Below, in pieces: positions 47,395 to 56,563 of a stretch of DNA of 64,000 nt (position 1 is the first letter of the stretch; each line of letters starts with the position of its first letter). The position numbers and the translations under genes are program-made. The notes under the pieces were generated by a model. It was not told the DNA's origin and did no database searches. It was given only the letters and a program-made list of their open reading frames with translations. The stretch comes from Candidatus Liptonbacteria bacterium (lineage in GTDB: Bacteria > Patescibacteriota > Minisyncoccia > UBA6257 > 2-01-FULL-56-20), in the NCBI GenBank assembly GCA_023244895.1, contig JAHFLL010000001.1, positions 178,476-242,475 of the forward strand, given 5' to 3'.

Positions 47395-48150
47395 CTACTT
47401 CTTCTGAGTTGTGAGCGCCATCGTTTGATAGAGGAGCGTCACATTGTTCCCGGGACACGTTTCCCGGAAGCTCGCCACGACTTGTGCCGAGCCGTCGCTT
47501 GCGGCATTGAAGACCACTTCCACTGCGAGAGGACTGGTCGCCAGCCCTTCATTCGCCACGTTCAGCTGACCCGCCGGACCGAAGGTCCAGGTGGTCGGGA
47601 GTGTGGTCGCACTCACGGAGATCGCCCCCGTGATACTGCAGCCCGGCTGTCTGTGATGAGTGATTTCCGCCCAGGCCTTGTATGGTCCGGTCGGTATGTT
47701 CCCGCCACCACTGCCGCTGGAGCAGATGTTGCCCTGTCCGCCAGGGCAAGCGACGAGTCTCATGGTCGCCGGCACGTAGGTCGACACGGAAATGCCTACC
47801 TTCACGGTGTCGATGGCCGTGCCTCCGATTCCGGTGCACGTCGCCGTGTATGTGGTCGCGGCGGTGATCGGACCCGTTTGCCACGAGCCGTTCACGCCGG
47901 TCCATCCGCCTGGGCTGATGGTGCAGGATGTGGCGTTTTGCGACGCCAACGTCACTGTCGCCGACGTTCCCGACGGTACGGTGTGCGGTCCATCTGAGCC
48001 GTCCACCTTGAGGTCGACCGTCGGCGTGCTCGGCGATGGTCCCACCGGCGAACAGAAGGGGGCGCAGGCCTCTTTCTTGTCCCCGCCAGTGCAGCCGACA
48101 AGCGACACGGCGACGAGGGCGACGACGAACAGATTGATGATGCTCTTCAC
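47395..48150 (-). CDS. Lipoprotein (LVGC lipobox) with Ig-like domain homologous to the giant-adhesin repeats, in a high-GC island
   Basis: DLKVDGSDGPHTVP...NATSCTISPGGWTG...TYTATCTGIGG aligns with ADIKANGSDGPITIP...NATSCTVTPGGWTG...TYTVNCSGAGG. Gene is about 60% GC. Confidence 0.55.
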   Translation of the reverse strand: MKSIINLFVVALVAVSLVGCTGGDKKEACAPFCSPVGPSPSTPTVDLKVDGSDGPHTVPSGTSATVTLASQNATSCTISPGGWTGVNGSWQTGPITAATTYTATCTGIGGTAIDTVKVGISVSTYVPATMRLVACPGGQGNICSSGSGGGNIPTGPYKAWAEITHHRQPGCSITGAISVSATTLPTTWTFGPAGQLNVANEGLATSPLAVEVVFNAASDGSAQVVASFRETCPGNNVTLLYQTMALTTQKK

Positions 48151-48518
48151 GGTAGCCTCCAGTTGCAGAACTTGCTGATTATTCAGCCGTTCTGCTCTTG
48201 TTCTTGTTTCAAGTCACGATCCCTCGACCGCTTGCGCAGAGAACACCTCTGCACGGTCTACTTATGATGATATCATATTATTCATAAAAAGTCAAGTAGG
48301 TATATATTTTGGAATAATTGGCCATTTTCTGTTTTTTCCCGCAATTTCTCCACGGGAAAAGACGATCGTTTGTTTCTGTGGAGGAAGCTGAAATGAATTT
48401 TCTAACGGGCTAACGGATTATTAAAAAGTTTTGAGGCCGCCATGCATGTGCACAGCGGCCTCGGGTTTGCGACGGATAGCCATCGTCATGGGACGATTAG
48501 CCACCCATCGCACTACTT

Positions 48519-49709
48519 CTAGAACCAGCGGGTCAGCGTGAACCGCCCGCCAAGACCAGTGGGGGATTCAATCACCCCCGCGCCGGTTACGGTCCAGTGG
48601 TCGTTCCCTCCGACCAAGCCGACTCCGACACCGCCGAAGACGTTGATGCCGAGCAAATGACCCGGCTCGGCCTCAAGCCCAGTCGCGGTCGTGCCGCGAA
48701 TTACGGTGCTGGTAGTCTTGCCGGACCATCCGCCAAATCCGCCATGGGCGGAAACCATCGGTTGAACCGGCCAGGCTCTGCCGATAGGTAAGCGCAGAAT
48801 CGCTTCGCCCACGAGTCCGTACTGACGCACGGTGCCGTAGGCCATGACGATCTCCTGCGCGTTGCATTCCGGGCAGGCGAGCCGGGTCATGGACCCATCC
48901 GATATGGAGCGGTACGAAAACCCGACGCGCAGGAATGAGCCCCTTGGCCTGCCCCAGGCGAGACCGGCATCCAGCGCGTAGCCGTCCACGCAGACGGCAT
49001 CTTTGTTGAGCATTCCGCTCACGAGTCCATTCACGGGACTGGTGGAGAACCTCGGCGTGACTGAAGTCGTGATGCCGAACCTTGCCCCGTTTTCTTCCGG
49101 TTCCGGCATGGGCGCCGGTGGAGGCGGGGGAGGTGCTGAGGCTGGTGGCGCGACGCGAACCGGTTCCGGTGTTGGCGCTGGTGGTTCGGGCTTCGTGACC
49201 ACGATGCGTATCTCTACCGTCCGGGGTGGCTCGGGTGACCGGATCTCGACAACGATGGGCGCATAGTTCCCGCACTTAGCATCGAAGAGTGGTCGCCCGG
49301 CGGCATCGTAATCAGTGGATGCTCCGGGGTCTCTTTTCGTCCATCTTGCTCCAGTGCTCGTCGCTTCCCAGGAGCAGGTAACATGCTTGTGGGTGACCGT
49401 ACCAGCCACCGGGACCAGGGAGGAATACTTCTTGTGGTCCGTGTTGTATGCCACATATCCCCGCTGGTTCAAGCACTCCTCCAGGTCCGGTAGTGATGTG
49501 GGCCAGATGACTTTCACGGGGTACCTGCTCCCGTAGCGGTCGTCCGCACCGAGGATGCCGGGAGCGAGGGGCTGGAGAGGCAGAACTCCACCGGGTCCGA
49601 GCTGGACCACAGCGGATACGCCCGGGTTCGCGAGTTCCTGTGTGAAGGCGGGCAAGGCGATGCCGATGAGAACGAGAGCGACCATGGCGAGTTTCACGAG
49701 ATGACGCAT
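48519..49709 (-). CDS. Secreted Pro-rich protein with C-terminal beta-barrel-like (OMP-like) domain, high-GC island
   Basis: Signal peptide, PEPPAPTPEP...PPPPPPAP linker, Gly/aromatic-rich C-terminus ending ...FTLTRWF. About 62% GC. Confidence 0.45.
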   Translation of the reverse strand: MRHLVKLAMVALVLIGIALPAFTQELANPGVSAVVQLGPGGVLPLQPLAPGILGADDRYGSRYPVKVIWPTSLPDLEECLNQRGYVAYNTDHKKYSSLVPVAGTVTHKHVTCSWEATSTGARWTKRDPGASTDYDAAGRPLFDAKCGNYAPIVVEIRSPEPPRTVEIRIVVTKPEPPAPTPEPVRVAPPASAPPPPPPAPMPEPEENGARFGITTSVTPRFSTSPVNGLVSGMLNKDAVCVDGYALDAGLAWGRPRGSFLRVGFSYRSISDGSMTRLACPECNAQEIVMAYGTVRQYGLVGEAILRLPIGRAWPVQPMVSAHGGFGGWSGKTTSTVIRGTTATGLEAEPGHLLGINVFGGVGVGLVGGNDHWTVTGAGVIESPTGLGGRFTLTRWF

Positions 49710-49993
49710 TGGCGTCTCCTTTTCTGATGGGAGCGTGGGTTGGTATTCGGTTCTAGAATATATGTTGACAATCCTCCCAAGGAGAATTGATTTTCAAAGT
49801 TGCTTCTTTCGAAGCCGGGCCATATTAAACATTATTAACAACATTAGGTCAATATTATTTATAGTTTATCGCTATTTAAATCGTGCCGAGTATTTGTGCT
49901 TGCTTTTCTGCCCCGAATATCCCATATTCTCTGAATAGAGGTTTTGGGCGCCTGGGGTTGACTAAAATATAAAAATAGTGTATCATTAAGAGA

Positions 49994-51427
49994 ATGTTTA
50001 GAGTTTCTTCCCGCTTCATCTCCATAGTATTTTTACTCATCTCCGCGTTGTTTTACGCGGGTCCCGCTAACGCGCAATATTACGCGAACATCAATACCGG
50101 TACAGCTACTAATATTTCAGGTAATTACGCGCTTCTAAGTGGCAGTATTAATCCCAATGGAGCTCAAACTACCGTCTGGTTTGAATACGGACTGAATAAC
50201 TCTTTCGGTTATTCCACCGAGCATAAAAGTATTGGCGATGGAACCACGCCGGTAAACGTTGCCGCTCAACTATCTAATCTTTCGCCAAACACGATTTACT
50301 ATTTTCGCATCGTTTCCCAATCCAACTGTTCCAGCTATCAGTATCAGAATTATAACAACTACAACTATTACAATTATCAGAATCAGAACTATAACTATTG
50401 CAACAATAACTACAACTACTACAACCAGGGAAATTCCCAATACGGACAGACCCAAACCTTTACCACGACCAGCAACTATTCAGGCGGAACGGGCGTAGCC
50501 TCATTGCCTGGAGTGGAAACCACTGTTGCGACCCAAACCGCGCAACGCTCCGCGACTATGCACGGCATAGTCCGGCCGAATAATTCCGACACCACGGTTT
50601 GGTTCGAATACGGTAAGACTAATTCTCTTGGCCAAATTTCGCCCAGCAAAATTATTTCTGCCATTAATAATTCCACGAATGTAAACTTTTACGCTTCCGG
50701 CCTGGAGTCTGGCACAACCTACTATTATCGTATGGTTGGTCAAAACACGGTGGGCAAGATAAATGGAGCTACCTTGGCTTTTACGACTATTGCTGGGCCC
50801 GCGCCCGCTCCGGCGCCTGCGCCAACTCCAGTTCCAGCGCCCATACCGGGGCCCATCTCTACGTCTACTCCAACAAGCACAAACAATGTGGATCTGAATC
50901 AACCACTTCTCACGCTTAACGTTAAAATAGAATCCTCCGAGCCTTCCGCGGGCGACGAGCTAAACTATACCGCCACAATTACGAACAAGAGCGACAAGGC
51001 GGTTCGGAATGTGAGTCTTGCCGTAAATTTGCCCACCGAGATTAAATTTATAGATGGAGGACAATCTCCGGTACTAGACGGCAGTACGGTTAAGGTTGCT
51101 TTCGCGGAGATTGAGAAAGATGGCAAGAGAATCATTCCGTTGCGCTTCAAGGTGCAGGACTCCGCGGAAAAGGGCGCCAACTTGCCTATCGGTTCTTTTC
51201 TCGCCTATACCAGCGCTCAAAATAGACAATTAGGCGCTAATGCTAATGCGACCATATTGGTTAAGAACGGCCTAGATTCTTCCGCCGGCACTACCGCGGT
51301 CTTGTCGGAAAACCTGCCCGCCTTTTTCTGGCTGAAGTGGGTTCTGTGGGTTTTGGTGATACTTTTAGTGGCCCTGCTAATCTATATCGCGTACCGCTTC
51401 TTAAGAAGTTGGTTGGCGATGCATTAA
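49994..51427 (+). CDS. Cell-surface protein: 2x WFEYG FN3-like domains, Asn/Tyr-rich low-complexity segment, DUF11-like domain, C-terminal TM
   Basis: NPNGAQTTVWFEYG..., NYNNYNYYNYQNQNYNYCNNNYNYYNQ, LTLNVKIESSEPSAGDELNYTATITNKSD (DUF11-like), C-terminal FFWLKWVLWVLVILLVALLIYIAY. Confidence 0.7.
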   Translation: MFRVSSRFISIVFLLISALFYAGPANAQYYANINTGTATNISGNYALLSGSINPNGAQTTVWFEYGLNNSFGYSTEHKSIGDGTTPVNVAAQLSNLSPNTIYYFRIVSQSNCSSYQYQNYNNYNYYNYQNQNYNYCNNNYNYYNQGNSQYGQTQTFTTTSNYSGGTGVASLPGVETTVATQTAQRSATMHGIVRPNNSDTTVWFEYGKTNSLGQISPSKIISAINNSTNVNFYASGLESGTTYYYRMVGQNTVGKINGATLAFTTIAGPAPAPAPAPTPVPAPIPGPISTSTPTSTNNVDLNQPLLTLNVKIESSEPSAGDELNYTATITNKSDKAVRNVSLAVNLPTEIKFIDGGQSPVLDGSTVKVAFAEIEKDGKRIIPLRFKVQDSAEKGANLPIGSFLAYTSAQNRQLGANANATILVKNGLDSSAGTTAVLSENLPAFFWLKWVLWVLVILLVALLIYIAYRFLRSWLAMH

Positions 51428-51588
51428 GGGTAGCAGTTATAAGTTAGAATGTAGAAGGCGGAAAACGAAAGAGAGGATTAGGAAGATACAATTTATTTTG
51501 CTGTTTGTTGTGAGTGAGCGTTCGCTCGTTTCGCCCAGGGCATCCCCCTGGGCGAAATTATTTATTATGTGTTAATATTTTTCTCATA

Positions 51589-52287
51589 ATGTCACTACCC
51601 AAACATGTGGTTTTAATTCCAGACGGTAATCGTCGCTGGGCAAAAGAAAGAGGCAGACCTGGTTATTATGGCCATAAAGTCGGAGCAGATTCTGCAGAAG
51701 AGATATTCAAGTTCGCTTATGATAAAAAGCTAAACAATCTTACTTTTTGGGGTTGCTCTTATAACAACATAACCGAACGTGACAGAATTGAGGTTAAGTT
51801 CTTGTTGGCTCTTTTCGAAAGGATGTTTTTGAAGCTGTCTAAGCGTAAAGAGATAGGGAAAGACGGAATAAGGATAAGAGTTCTGGGCCGCTGGGAAGAA
51901 ATATTTCCTACCAGACTGAAGAAGGTGATAAATAATATGGTTAAATCTACGGAAAACCACTCCAGTCTTAATCTGACTTTTCTTATGGCCTATGACGGCA
52001 GGGACGAGATGCAGGCAGCGATAAAGAATATCGCCGAATCCGGTATTTCGCCCGACAAGATAACCAGAGAAGTGATAAAGCAGAACCTCTGGACTAAGGA
52101 TTTGCCTCCGGTGGATCTAGTAATACGTACTGGCGGAGAACCACACTGGTCCGCGGGGCTTTTGATGTGGGACGTGGCAGAGGCTCAGCTTTATTTCACT
52201 AAGACCTTTTGGCCGGATTTCTCTCCGAAAGAGTTTGAAAAGGCATTGAGCTTATATGCCAAGACCGAGCGCCGGCACGGTAAATAA
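51589..52287 (+). CDS. uppS: Isoprenyl transferase (undecaprenyl-diphosphate synthase)
   Basis: HVVLIPDGNRRWAKERG signature; start set at ATG 51589. Confidence 0.8.
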   Translation: MSLPKHVVLIPDGNRRWAKERGRPGYYGHKVGADSAEEIFKFAYDKKLNNLTFWGCSYNNITERDRIEVKFLLALFERMFLKLSKRKEIGKDGIRIRVLGRWEEIFPTRLKKVINNMVKSTENHSSLNLTFLMAYDGRDEMQAAIKNIAESGISPDKITREVIKQNLWTKDLPPVDLVIRTGGEPHWSAGLLMWDVAEAQLYFTKTFWPDFSPKEFEKALSLYAKTERRHGK

Positions 52288-52290
52288 TCC

Positions 52291-52902
52291 CTAGCGAATA
52301 GAGGATTTTCGTTTCGCGCTTATCTTTTTAGCTTCATAACGTACTAGGTGTTGTATCGCTAAAAGTAGGATGATTCCGGCGGCGATTCCTATCTCAACAT
52401 ACTTCAGATAGCTTTTCAGGTGGGGTAGCATAGTTCCGGTCCCGTGCCCCAGCCCCCATACCAGAATAAACCAGGGCAAGGATGCCATAAAATCCTTTTT
52501 TAGGAATTCTTTAAGAGAAGTTCCGTCAATTGTCCCAGCTCGCATAATCGCTAGGTGTCCCATGCCGTAGGCAAACTTAGAAATAAAAAGAGTACGAATC
52601 GGATTCTCTGTCAGGTGTCCATCCGCGCCTTCCGATAATCTGTCTAAATATTTGCGCAGAAAAAATGTTTGAGGCACGCGCCGGCCTATTTCAAACCAAA
52701 GCATATCTCCCAAAAACATTCCCAAGATCGCCAAGGGCAGGGACCACTCTATTTTGAGAAATTCTTGCTGGGTCAGAAGGGCGGTAGTATAGAGCACGAC
52801 GTCGCCCTCAAACATCATTCCTATAACAATCAAAAAGTGCGCGAAGATTGGCGCGATTAGGAGGTAGTGTAATAAAAGAGTCTTGGGTCCGCGAATGCGC
52901 AT
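52291..52902 (-). CDS. Membrane protein, possibly DedA/VTT family
   Basis: Multi-TM, 203 aa. Weak resemblance only. Confidence 0.35.
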   Translation of the reverse strand: MRIRGPKTLLLHYLLIAPIFAHFLIVIGMMFEGDVVLYTTALLTQQEFLKIEWSLPLAILGMFLGDMLWFEIGRRVPQTFFLRKYLDRLSEGADGHLTENPIRTLFISKFAYGMGHLAIMRAGTIDGTSLKEFLKKDFMASLPWFILVWGLGHGTGTMLPHLKSYLKYVEIGIAAGIILLLAIQHLVRYEAKKISAKRKSSIR

Positions 52903-52970
52903 AGGGATAATTATATCAAATCGGTATCAGGATTGATTATTTCCCGAGATTAATTAAGATTTAAGCCAAT

Positions 52971-53046
52971 GGGCCGTTAGCTCAATTGGTAGAGCGCGTC
53001 ATTTGCAATGACGAGGCAACCGGTTCGAATCCGGTACGGTCCACCA
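52971..53046 (+). tRNA. tRNA-Ala (anticodon TGC), CCA encoded
   Basis: gggccgt/acggtcc acceptor with G3:U70. Anticodon stem cgtca/tgacg, loop uuUGCaa. T-loop ttcgaat. Confidence 0.75.
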
Positions 53047-53074
53047 TTTCAGATTTGTGCTAAAATATAAGCAC

Positions 53075-54895
53075 ATGCACAAGAAGTTGTGGTTTTGGGG
53101 TTTTTGCGGATCTCTGACCGCGCTGGTTCTTGCAACTGCGATTTCTTTTATGCCAACCAGGGCAATCGCGCCATCGGTTCTTTCGGGTAACTGCGTGTCG
53201 GGCTCCAGTCCCGCGGTCAGCTTGGACTGGACCCCAGTTTCCGACCAAAATTCCAATTCTGTTCAGCGCAGGGTAGACACGGGAGGTTGGGGATGGTTAT
53301 TTCAAAACCCGCCCCCATTTTCAGTTTTCAGTTATACGGATACAGATGTAAGTAACGGGCATTCCTACATTTATCGGGTCAAGACGGATCCTCAGGTCTC
53401 GTCTAATGAATTCACTTGCGACTTTACTTCTAAAGTCTCATTGCCAGTAGTGGTTACGGGGGGCGCTAGCAGTATAACGACCAGCGCAGCGTCCTTGTCC
53501 GGCTCGGTTAATCCGGGTGGGGCCATGACGGACGCATGGTTTGAATATGGTTTAAGTGGTTCCAATTTAGATAAGAGCACGACCAGACAATCAATGGGCT
53601 CTGGTACCTCCGCTCTGAACATAAATGCATCTTTAGGCGGACTGTCTTCGGACACGCGGTATTTCTTCCGCCTAGTTGCTCGAAATTCGGAGGGGGACGG
53701 TACGGGCGCGACAAACTCATTCACTACCACCAAAGAGGCTGTCGCACCTCCTCCACCCCCGCCTCCACCTCCTCCACCCCCGCCCACTCCCAATCCGACT
53801 TTGACGATAACGCCGGACAGGCAATCTGTGACGGTCGGTTTAGATGCGGCGTTTAGGGCATATTACGACCAAGATGGCTCGGGACCGATGGGCGGAAGCG
53901 AGGTAACCGGAAACGCATCTTGGAGCGTGTCCGATTCCGTAGTGGCGAATTCTTTGGGAAGCGGTAAGTATCGCGGTAAGGTGGTGGGCGAGACTGGCAT
54001 TGGGGCGAGATTTGGGAATATCAATGCGAGTGCGATTCTTGGTGTTCTATCACCTCCCGCGAGCACTACTCCGCCCGGACAGACCACTACCACGGTTCCG
54101 AAGGGTGGCAAGCCGATTGTTTATACCAAGTCAGTGCGGGATGTTTTTAAAAATTACGCTGTTCTAATTGGCCTAGTGAATCCCAATGGCGTTGCAACTA
54201 AGGTATGGTTTGAATATGGAAAGGACAAAACCTCTTTAAATCAGGCAACGGCCCTCGTCTCTCTGCCTGCCGGGAAAGTTATAAAGCAGGTTTCTTCGGA
54301 AACCGCTATCGCGCCGAACACAAACTATTATTTCCGAGTGGCGGCGAGCAATTCTTATGGCGTATCCCAGGGAGAGATTCTGGAATTCGCTTCAGCTGGT
54401 AACCCGGTTCTCGCGGTTGAGCCGGATACAGCGGAGATAGAAGTAGGGCAGAGATCTGCGTTTCGGGCATATTATGATTCGGACGGTTCCGGCTCTGCCA
54501 AGAGAGAAGACGTGACCAAGAAGGTTAACTGGGTTTCCTCGGACGCGATGGTTTTGGCTTACGAGAAAAATGGAGAATTCGTCGCGAAAAATGGCGGAGA
54601 TGCTAAGGTGACGGCGGTTTACAACAGTTCCGGGGTGGTAAAGAGTATCTATGATCTGGATAATATTAAGGCGCAAGCGGGCGTGACGGTCACGGGCGTG
54701 ATGGATAATTCCGGCCTGATGAACGGCGTTACGGATGTGACCTTGGGAGATGGCGACTCTAACGATACGGGAAATGAATCTAGTACGGTCACGGGCGGAG
54801 GCTCTTGGGGATGGGCTTGGCTTTTGCTTATTCTGATTCTTGTTATCGTGGGAGGAGTAGTGGCTTTCCTAATTTGGAAAAAGAGGCAGGAATAA
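53075..54895 (+). CDS. Cell-surface protein: WFEYG FN3-like domains, 13-Pro linker, Big_2-like domains, C-terminal TVTGGGS plus TM anchor
   Basis: VNPGGAMTDAWFEYG..., VNPNGVATKVWFEYG..., PPPPPPPPPPPPP, Big_2-like AFRAYYDQDGSG...SWSVSDSVVA. C-terminal WLLLILILVIVGGVVAFLIWKKRQE. Confidence 0.7.
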   Translation: MHKKLWFWGFCGSLTALVLATAISFMPTRAIAPSVLSGNCVSGSSPAVSLDWTPVSDQNSNSVQRRVDTGGWGWLFQNPPPFSVFSYTDTDVSNGHSYIYRVKTDPQVSSNEFTCDFTSKVSLPVVVTGGASSITTSAASLSGSVNPGGAMTDAWFEYGLSGSNLDKSTTRQSMGSGTSALNINASLGGLSSDTRYFFRLVARNSEGDGTGATNSFTTTKEAVAPPPPPPPPPPPPPTPNPTLTITPDRQSVTVGLDAAFRAYYDQDGSGPMGGSEVTGNASWSVSDSVVANSLGSGKYRGKVVGETGIGARFGNINASAILGVLSPPASTTPPGQTTTTVPKGGKPIVYTKSVRDVFKNYAVLIGLVNPNGVATKVWFEYGKDKTSLNQATALVSLPAGKVIKQVSSETAIAPNTNYYFRVAASNSYGVSQGEILEFASAGNPVLAVEPDTAEIEVGQRSAFRAYYDSDGSGSAKREDVTKKVNWVSSDAMVLAYEKNGEFVAKNGGDAKVTAVYNSSGVVKSIYDLDNIKAQAGVTVTGVMDNSGLMNGVTDVTLGDGDSNDTGNESSTVTGGGSWGWAWLLLILILVIVGGVVAFLIWKKRQE

Positions 54896-55085
54896 CTCCA
54901 TTACAGTTCGGCTTCAATAATCCATTCACTCGTGTTAAACTCGGGAACAATAAGGGAAGCGTGCCCGACCACCGCCATCGGCGGGGCCCCGCTCCAAGCG
55001 GTGGGTGGTTGAAGGGTAGACGGTCTTGTTCCCGATTTCCTTAGGGAATTATATGAGCTTAGGAAATCGCAATCCCGCATATGGC

Positions 55086-55175
55086 GGAGGGTTGGCAGAG
55101 TGGTCTAACGCGCCGCACTTGAAATGCGGTTGAGGGGAAACCCTCTCGCAGGTTCGAATCCTGCACCCTCCGCCA
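55086..55175 (+). tRNA. tRNA-Ser (anticodon TGA), CCA encoded
   Basis: Long variable arm. Anticodon loop cuUGAaa. T-loop ttcgaat. Confidence 0.85.
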
Positions 55176-55324
55176 TATGCGGGAAAAACCGTTATGTCAG
55201 AAAGCCGGTTCGAATTTTATCCCGACTCTTACGTCGGGACCTACCGCTTCCGCTTTGGATGAGAAAAGAATCAAGTCGATTATAATTTTATCCCGAATTT
55301 TGTGTCGAAACATTCCACCTCCGT

Positions 55325-56536
55325 ATGAATAAATTTATGTCTCCTAAAAATATAGTTCTCTTCACGGTCTTCATAGACGTTCTGGGCATTGGGGTGGTTA
55401 TTCCGTCTCTGCCGTATTACGTTCAGTCTTTTGGCGCGACGCCTTCTACGGTTACTCTTCTCTTCTCGGTTTTTTCTCTATTCGCATTTTTTAGCGCCCC
55501 ACTCTTGGGCGCCTGGTCGGATAAGATTGGCCGCCGCCCGATATTGATTTTAAGTATCGTAAGTTCTGCGGTAGGTTGGTTCACTTTCGCCGCCGCCCGC
55601 AGTATATACGTACTCTTTCTGGGACGCGTAATAGACGGTCTCGCCGCCGGTAATTTCTCCACCGCCCAGAGCTATTTAGCGGACCTTTCTAAAGACGAGA
55701 AAGAACGTACTCACAATTTAGGATTGAGCGGAGCGATCTTTGGCATAGGCTTCATTATCGGGCCGATGATTGGAGGACTTTTGGCTCACTACTCCAACGA
55801 ACTGCCGTTTTGGTTCGTGGGTGCCCTAGCTTCTCTAAACGCCGTCTTGGCTTACTTCAACCTGCCGGAGACGCACCACAAGCGAGAGGCCTTCCAGAAT
55901 TCCAAATCGGAATTGAATCCTTTTGTGCCGATCTGGCGTTCTTTTAAGAACAAAGTTATAGCAGGCGGCTTGTCGGCCTGGTTCTTGCTGATGTTGGCTG
56001 TTGCTTTCCAGCAATCTGTTTTCGCGCTCTATATTTACCACGCTTTCGGTTTCGGCGCGGCAGTCTCGGGACTTTTCTTGACCGGCATCGGCGTAATACT
56101 GTCTATCAACCAGGGATTTTTACTCAAACGTTTCTGGATTAAGAGATTTAAAGTGCCGGAGCTGGAACTGGGAATGCTTTTGGTTCTGGCCTGCGGTTTT
56201 TTTCTAATGAGCTATCAAGCCCTGGGAGTATTCATCGCCGGAATAATAACAATCGCTTTCTCGCAATCCGTCTTGCGGGTAGTCATGACCAGCCAAATTG
56301 TGGGCGGGGCGGGCGAGAGAAGAGGAGAAGTAATGGGGGTGACAAGCTCGCTCATGTCCCTCGCGATGATTATTGGACCGATTTTATCCGGCTATGCTTT
56401 TGAATATGAGATAAGCCTGCCATTTATAATTTCCGGTTTAATTGCTCTGGCGGCTTGGCTTATGATCTATTCCGCTCGCAAGCGTTTAGCGAAAATAAAG
56501 TTGGCGGAACAGGCCCCGGCAGAATACATAGCCTAA
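55325..56536 (+). CDS. MFS transporter
   Basis: 12-TM. GRVIDGLAAGN and WSDKIGRRP MFS motifs. Confidence 0.75.
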   Translation: MNKFMSPKNIVLFTVFIDVLGIGVVIPSLPYYVQSFGATPSTVTLLFSVFSLFAFFSAPLLGAWSDKIGRRPILILSIVSSAVGWFTFAAARSIYVLFLGRVIDGLAAGNFSTAQSYLADLSKDEKERTHNLGLSGAIFGIGFIIGPMIGGLLAHYSNELPFWFVGALASLNAVLAYFNLPETHHKREAFQNSKSELNPFVPIWRSFKNKVIAGGLSAWFLLMLAVAFQQSVFALYIYHAFGFGAAVSGLFLTGIGVILSINQGFLLKRFWIKRFKVPELELGMLLVLACGFFLMSYQALGVFIAGIITIAFSQSVLRVVMTSQIVGGAGERRGEVMGVTSSLMSLAMIIGPILSGYAFEYEISLPFIISGLIALAAWLMIYSARKRLAKIKLAEQAPAEYIA

Positions 56537-56563
56537 TTTCCTGGGAGAGGTTAGAATTCTTCT

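Noticed and set aside
47332-47997. 221-aa + strand ORF (Arg/His-rich) antisense to the lipoprotein gene
   Set aside because: Lies in a roughly 60% GC region where long spurious antisense ORFs are expected. The minus-strand ORF has a signal peptide, lipobox and a recognisable domain; the + ORF is compositionally nonsense.
53057-53074. GTG start at 53057 for the surface-protein gene
   Set aside because: It would begin 11 nt after the tRNA-Ala CCA end. ATG at 53075 with a downstream hydrophobic signal (MHKKLWFWGFCGSLTALVLATA) is more plausible.
52999-53256. 85-aa minus-strand ORF
   Set aside because: Overlaps the tRNA-Ala(TGC) gene and the start of the 53075 surface-protein gene; no coding signal.
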